DNA of 64,000 nucleotides from Alphaproteobacteria bacterium (GTDB lineage Bacteria; Pseudomonadota; Alphaproteobacteria; Rickettsiales; SXRF01): NCBI GenBank assembly GCA_039808985.1, contig JBDHUC010000007.1, positions 5,128 to 69,127 of the forward strand, read 5' to 3'. Shown piece by piece: positions 60,169 to 64,000 of this stretch (position 1 is its first letter; each line of letters starts with the position of its first letter). The notes under the pieces were generated by a model. It saw only the letters and a program-made list of their open reading frames with translations, ran no database searches and was not told where the DNA came from. The position numbers and the translations under genes were made by a program.

Positions 60169-60705
60169 ATGCAATATTTTACAGGCATTTCTTCTCATTT
60201 GGCAAGAATAACAATCATAATTATTCTAACTGCCTTGTTTTTACCATTACATGCCATGGCTGCCGACCTCAGGATAACTTCCGAAAGCTCCGCTGGCAGC
60301 CTTTCATATATGGATGCGCAGGGAAAACAGAAGCTGGTGGATTTCAGCAAGAACAAGCTTACTGCGCTGCATTTCTGGGCTACATGGTGCCAGCCATGTG
60401 TAGCCGAGCTTCCGGCGGTGGATGCCGCCCAGCAAAAATATGCAGGAAAAAATTTTAAAGTTACCGCCCTATCGCTGGATGGAAAAAATATTGATAACGT
60501 AAAAAATTTTTACTCCGAAAAACATATTTCCAATCTGGATATAATGCTGGATTCAAGCATGGATTCATTCAGGGAGTTAGGGATAAAAGGCCTGCCAACT
60601 ACGGTTTTTGTAAACAGCAAGGGAAATATAATTGCCCGGGCTGACGGCCCTTTGGATTGGGAAAGCGATAGTGTAAAGCGATTTATTGAATCACATTTAA
60701 AATAA
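60169..60705 (+). CDS. tlpA: thiol:disulfide interchange protein TlpA-like
   Basis: Signal/anchor MQYFTGISSHLARITIIIILTALFLPLHAMA and active site WATWCQPC. Divergent from argH. Confidence 0.85.
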   Translation: MQYFTGISSHLARITIIIILTALFLPLHAMAADLRITSESSAGSLSYMDAQGKQKLVDFSKNKLTALHFWATWCQPCVAELPAVDAAQQKYAGKNFKVTALSLDGKNIDNVKNFYSEKHISNLDIMLDSSMDSFRELGIKGLPTTVFVNSKGNIIARADGPLDWESDSVKRFIESHLK

Positions 60706-60707
60706 TA

Positions 60708-61544
60708 TCAACTGCTGAAATTTGGTAATATATAGTCAGGGGCAAGCTCAAGTTTTTTGCACATATCCTTTATTGTTCCGGTATTATACCCCTTAAGTAT
60801 ACCACCAGTTACCAGGGCAGAATCAACCCCGAAATCCCTGGCTCCCGGTATATCGGTTTCCAGGCTGTCACCTACGGCCAGTATTTTTTTCTTATCAATA
60901 CCGCCAAACAACTTATATACATGTTCATAAACTGCGGGATACGGTTTTCCAAACCACACGACCTTGCCGCCTGATGCGACATAACTTTTGGCAATTGCCC
61001 CAGCGCAGGGATAGCGCTCCCCGGTTATTTTTACAACCTCCAGGTCTGGATTCAAACATAGCATAGGCTTGGAAAGCTTAGCCGCTTTTTGTAAAAGATG
61101 GGAAAAATCCTCTGTGGTCTGTTCGTCAGTGCCAAATCCCAGGTTCAATATGAAATCAGCATCCTCAATTTTATGGACTTCTTCAAAATCCAGCCCTTTA
61201 AGCAAATCCATGTCTTTTTGCGCGGCTATCATGTAAAAACGCCTGCCCCATGGCGCATTACCCTCGCGCAGCCAATTATACCCCACCTCACCTGATGAAA
61301 CTATATGGGCATATAATTCCCTGCCAATCCCAAGCTGGTTAAGGACAGAAGCAACAGCATCTGCGCGGCGTGGGGCGTTGGAGAGGAATATCACCCTCTT
61401 CCCGCTTTTGTTTATGTGTTTCAGCGTATTCAGTACGCCGGGATATAGTTGCGTTCCATCATGCACTACTCCCCATAAATCAAGGATAAATGCATCATAA
61501 TTATCAATAATGGATGCAATGGAAGGAACAGCTCTAAGCAACAA
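60708..61544 (-). CDS. HAD-superfamily class IIA hydrolase (TIGR01459-like)
   Basis: FILDLWGVVHDG, LSNAPR, and GDSLETDI. Confidence 0.85.
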   Translation of the reverse strand: MLLRAVPSIASIIDNYDAFILDLWGVVHDGTQLYPGVLNTLKHINKSGKRVIFLSNAPRRADAVASVLNQLGIGRELYAHIVSSGEVGYNWLREGNAPWGRRFYMIAAQKDMDLLKGLDFEEVHKIEDADFILNLGFGTDEQTTEDFSHLLQKAAKLSKPMLCLNPDLEVVKITGERYPCAGAIAKSYVASGGKVVWFGKPYPAVYEHVYKLFGGIDKKKILAVGDSLETDIPGARDFGVDSALVTGGILKGYNTGTIKDMCKKLELAPDYILPNFSS

Positions 61545-62126
61545 TTATTCCTTCACGTCTGCCGCAACCTGTATTTTTACAATTTTATCGGGATCCGTTA
61601 CCGAGCCGTTATTATATTTATCGCCTTTTTTGATGTTGTCGACAAATTCCATGCCTTTTACAACTTTGCCCCAATAAGTATATTGCCCATCTAAAAATTT
61701 AGAATCAGCAAGGCAGATAAAGAACTGGCTGTCGGCGCTGTTTATGTCTGCGGCGCGTGCCATCGAAAGGGCGCCGCGCAAGTGCGGTTCCTTGCTGAAT
61801 TCAGCTTTTAATTTCTGGCCGGAGCCGCCCATTCCGGTTCCGGTAGGATCACCGGTCTGCGCCATGAAGCCATCTATTACCCTGTGGAAAACCACACCAT
61901 TATAAAATCCCTGGCGCACCAGTTCTTTTATGCGTTTAACATGTTTAGGTGCAAGGTCAGGGCGCATCTCGATAACCACGCGGCCATCTTTAAGGTCGAG
62001 ATACAGGGTGTTTTCCAACGGGCTCTCCGCGGCTTTAGCTGGTTTAGATTTTGCCATTACAATTGCTCCAGAAATAAATGCTATAAGAAAAATAAAAGTC
62101 AGTGAAAGAAAAATTTTACGCAACAT
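61545..62126 (-). CDS. periplasmic peptidyl-prolyl cis-trans isomerase (cyclophilin type)
   Basis: Signal peptide, FHRVIDGFMAQTGDP, and SQFFI. Confidence 0.92.
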   Translation of the reverse strand: MLRKIFLSLTFIFLIAFISGAIVMAKSKPAKAAESPLENTLYLDLKDGRVVIEMRPDLAPKHVKRIKELVRQGFYNGVVFHRVIDGFMAQTGDPTGTGMGGSGQKLKAEFSKEPHLRGALSMARAADINSADSQFFICLADSKFLDGQYTYWGKVVKGMEFVDNIKKGDKYNNGSVTDPDKIVKIQVAADVKE

Positions 62127-62154
62127 GCAGAACCCTTTTTGCTAAAAATTAAAA

Positions 62155-62622
62155 TCAGGCATGTGATTGCAGATACTTAGGCAAACCTAATGTGTCAATC
62201 AAATTAAGCTGCTTAGAAACGAATGATATGTGTTCTACTTCATTTTCAAGTATATTATTAAACATATCGGCGTTGCCTGCATCCCCGGTATTTTCACAGG
62301 CTTCAAGGGCTGCTTTTATATAAGTTACTGACGATTGGCAGGCATCAAGGTCATATTTCAATATTTCATCAACAGTAGTTCCGATATTCAACTTTCCCGG
62401 TTCACGCATATTCGGCACGCTGTTTAATGATAAAATCCTTTCAACAAGCTTATCGGCAAACTTCATCTGCTGGATTGATTCCTTATATTCATAATCGGCG
62501 AGTTCCATATAGCCCATATGCTTCATCATACGGGCATGGAGGAAATACTGGTTTATTACTGCAAGCTTGCTCACAAGCACGTTATTCAGGTGCTTAACTA
62601 TATCCTTATTAGCGGCAGGCAT
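62155..62622 (-). CDS. bfr: bacterioferritin
   Basis: Start MPAANKDIVKHLN at 62622. Contains LAVINQYFLHARM and the heme-Met context ESIQQMKFADKL. Confidence 0.92.
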   Translation of the reverse strand: MPAANKDIVKHLNNVLVSKLAVINQYFLHARMMKHMGYMELADYEYKESIQQMKFADKLVERILSLNSVPNMREPGKLNIGTTVDEILKYDLDACQSSVTYIKAALEACENTGDAGNADMFNNILENEVEHISFVSKQLNLIDTLGLPKYLQSHA

Positions 62623-62747
62623 AATATTCCTTGAGTGGTATTCGAGTGGGATTCCGTAAAATATGTGGCTCACATATAATAAAATTTTATGCAGCAGTTC
62701 TTAACATAAGTCAAGAGTTGCTGAATTTATGTGCCTGTAAAATACAC

Positions 62748-62776
62748 TTGCAATCCGTATAAATACTTACATTATA
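62748..62776 (+). promoter_or_regulatory. sigma70-like promoter candidate for glnB
   Basis: TTGCAA (62748-62753), 17-nt spacer, ATTATA (62771-62776). It overlaps a 9-bp-stem palindrome, ATCCGTATA...TATACGGAT. Confidence 0.3.
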
Positions 62777-62785
62777 TACGGATAA

Positions 62786-63154
<369 letters not shown>

Positions 63155-63275
63155 CTTTACCGGCTCTATTCTTTCTCCCCTTGTACAAAGATATTGCCAC
63201 TGCTATAGATGATGGTGATTTATTTTGCCATACACCCACATAAATTAAAAAAATACAAATTGAGAAAGGTTTTTC

Positions 63276-64000
63276 ATGTCCGCCAAAGATGCTAAAGATG
63301 TTTTCACGCTTATAAAAGATAACGACATCCAGTTCATTGATTTCCGTTTCACCGATCCTAAAGGAAAGTGGCAGCATACCTGCTACGTTGCTGAACAGGT
63401 TAATGAAGGAAGTTTTGAAGATGGCATCATGTTTGACGGCTCGTCAATTTCCGGCTGGAAATCAATCAATGAATCCGACATGATATTGATGCCTGATGCA
63501 AAGACAGCATTCATAGATCCGTTCGCCGCCCAGCCTACCCTGGTTATATTCTGCGATGTTATCGAACCTTCAACCGGACAGCCTTATGGCCGTGACCCTC
63601 GCTCACTGGCGAAACGCGCCGAGGCGTATCTGGCATATACAGGAATTGGCGATACCGCATATTTTGGTCCGGAGCTTGAATTTTTCGTATTTGACGATGT
63701 GCGCTTCAAAACCTCTGGAAATTACAGCTTCCACCAGCTTGACAGCGAAGAACTCCCTGTAAACAGCGATCGTTCTTACCAGGCTGGCAATATGGGCCAC
63801 CGTCCACCAACCAAAGGCGGTTATTTCCCTGTGCAGCCGGTGGATTCACTGGCCGATTTACGTGGTGAAATGCTTTCAACCCTTAAGGTTGTAGGTGTCG
63901 AGCCGGTACTGCACCACCATGAGGTTGCCCCTGCCCAGTGCGAGCTTGGAACATTGTTTTCAACACTTCTTGGAACAGCCGACAATATCCAGAAATATAA
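63276..64000 (+). CDS. glnA: glutamine synthetase type I (3' end cut by the window edge)
   Basis: Not in the ORF track because there is no stop in the window. Hand translation gives MSAKDAKDVFTLIKDNDIQFIDFRFTDPKGKWQH...FDGSSISGW...GPELEFFVFD...HHHEVAPAQCE. Confidence 0.95.
   Translation, partial: MSAKDAKDVFTLIKDNDIQFIDFRFTDPKGKWQHTCYVAEQVNEGSFEDGIMFDGSSISGWKSINESDMILMPDAKTAFIDPFAAQPTLVIFCDVIEPSTGQPYGRDPRSLAKRAEAYLAYTGIGDTAYFGPELEFFVFDDVRFKTSGNYSFHQLDSEELPVNSDRSYQAGNMGHRPPTKGGYFPVQPVDSLADLRGEMLSTLKVVGVEPVLHHHEVAPAQCELGTLFSTLLGTADNIQKY

Noticed and set aside
63179-63199. Sigma54-like TGGCAA-N5-TTGTA element between glnB and glnA
   Set aside because: The match is on the minus strand, so it would fire away from glnA and antisense into glnB. 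The -24/-12 elements are also imperfect. I could not find a convincing plus-strand sigma54 promoter or NtrC site by eye.

Overview
Gene-dense chromosomal segment with about 66 protein genes. I saw no rRNA, tRNA, CRISPR array, transposase or phage genes by eye. The sequence is visibly AT-rich (G+C not computed) and looks alphaproteobacterial. That assignment is inferred from gene order: a split F0-only atp operon with both b and b' subunits (atpI-B-E-F'-F), ruvB-ybgC-tolQ-tolR-tolA-tolB-pal-cpoB-tilS-ftsH, rplM-rpsI-argC, argH-lipoprotein-lysA divergent from tlpA, glnB-glnA, a zinc-less L36, a DUF721/DciA-like gene and a PAS_5 gene. Most of the window is housekeeping. It covers cell envelope (PBP1A, AmiC-like amidase, Slt, Tol-Pal, FtsH, FtsE, GlmM), RNA and translation (RNase E, RF2 with its +1 frameshift, MnmA, TilS, L13/S9/L36), energy (ETF-QO, H+-PPase plus soluble PPase, ATP synthase F0), arginine and lysine synthesis, and nitrogen control. 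It also carries four periplasmic thioredoxin-fold oxidoreductases. Genes are tightly packed, with many ATGA/TAATG junctions and several long overlaps.

The parts not explained by housekeeping, in my order of interest:
1. A translationally coupled pair fused to the end of the atp F0 operon: an outer-membrane barrel protein plus a family-2 processive glycosyltransferase. The transferase N-terminus carries two textbook tandem MshEN c-di-GMP-binding motifs. This is a candidate minimal c-di-GMP-gated exopolysaccharide synthase/export system.
2. A solitary 828-aa protein with a prepilin-type N-terminus lacking Glu+5, fused to a 7-bladed calcium-loop FG-GAP propeller. This is a candidate tip pilin-adhesin.
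3. An exported alpha-carbonic-anhydrase homologue with several catalytic residues replaced, next to an orphan STAS/anti-sigma-kinase partner-switching pair.
4. A roughly 90-bp dispersed repeat with a conserved hairpin, present in two 5' regions.
5. An orphan membrane protein with a bilobed hydrophobic hairpin.
6. Small tandem repeat arrays in the rpsI-argC and ppa-ruvB spacers.

All calls come from reading the translated ORFs and the DNA. No database search was run.
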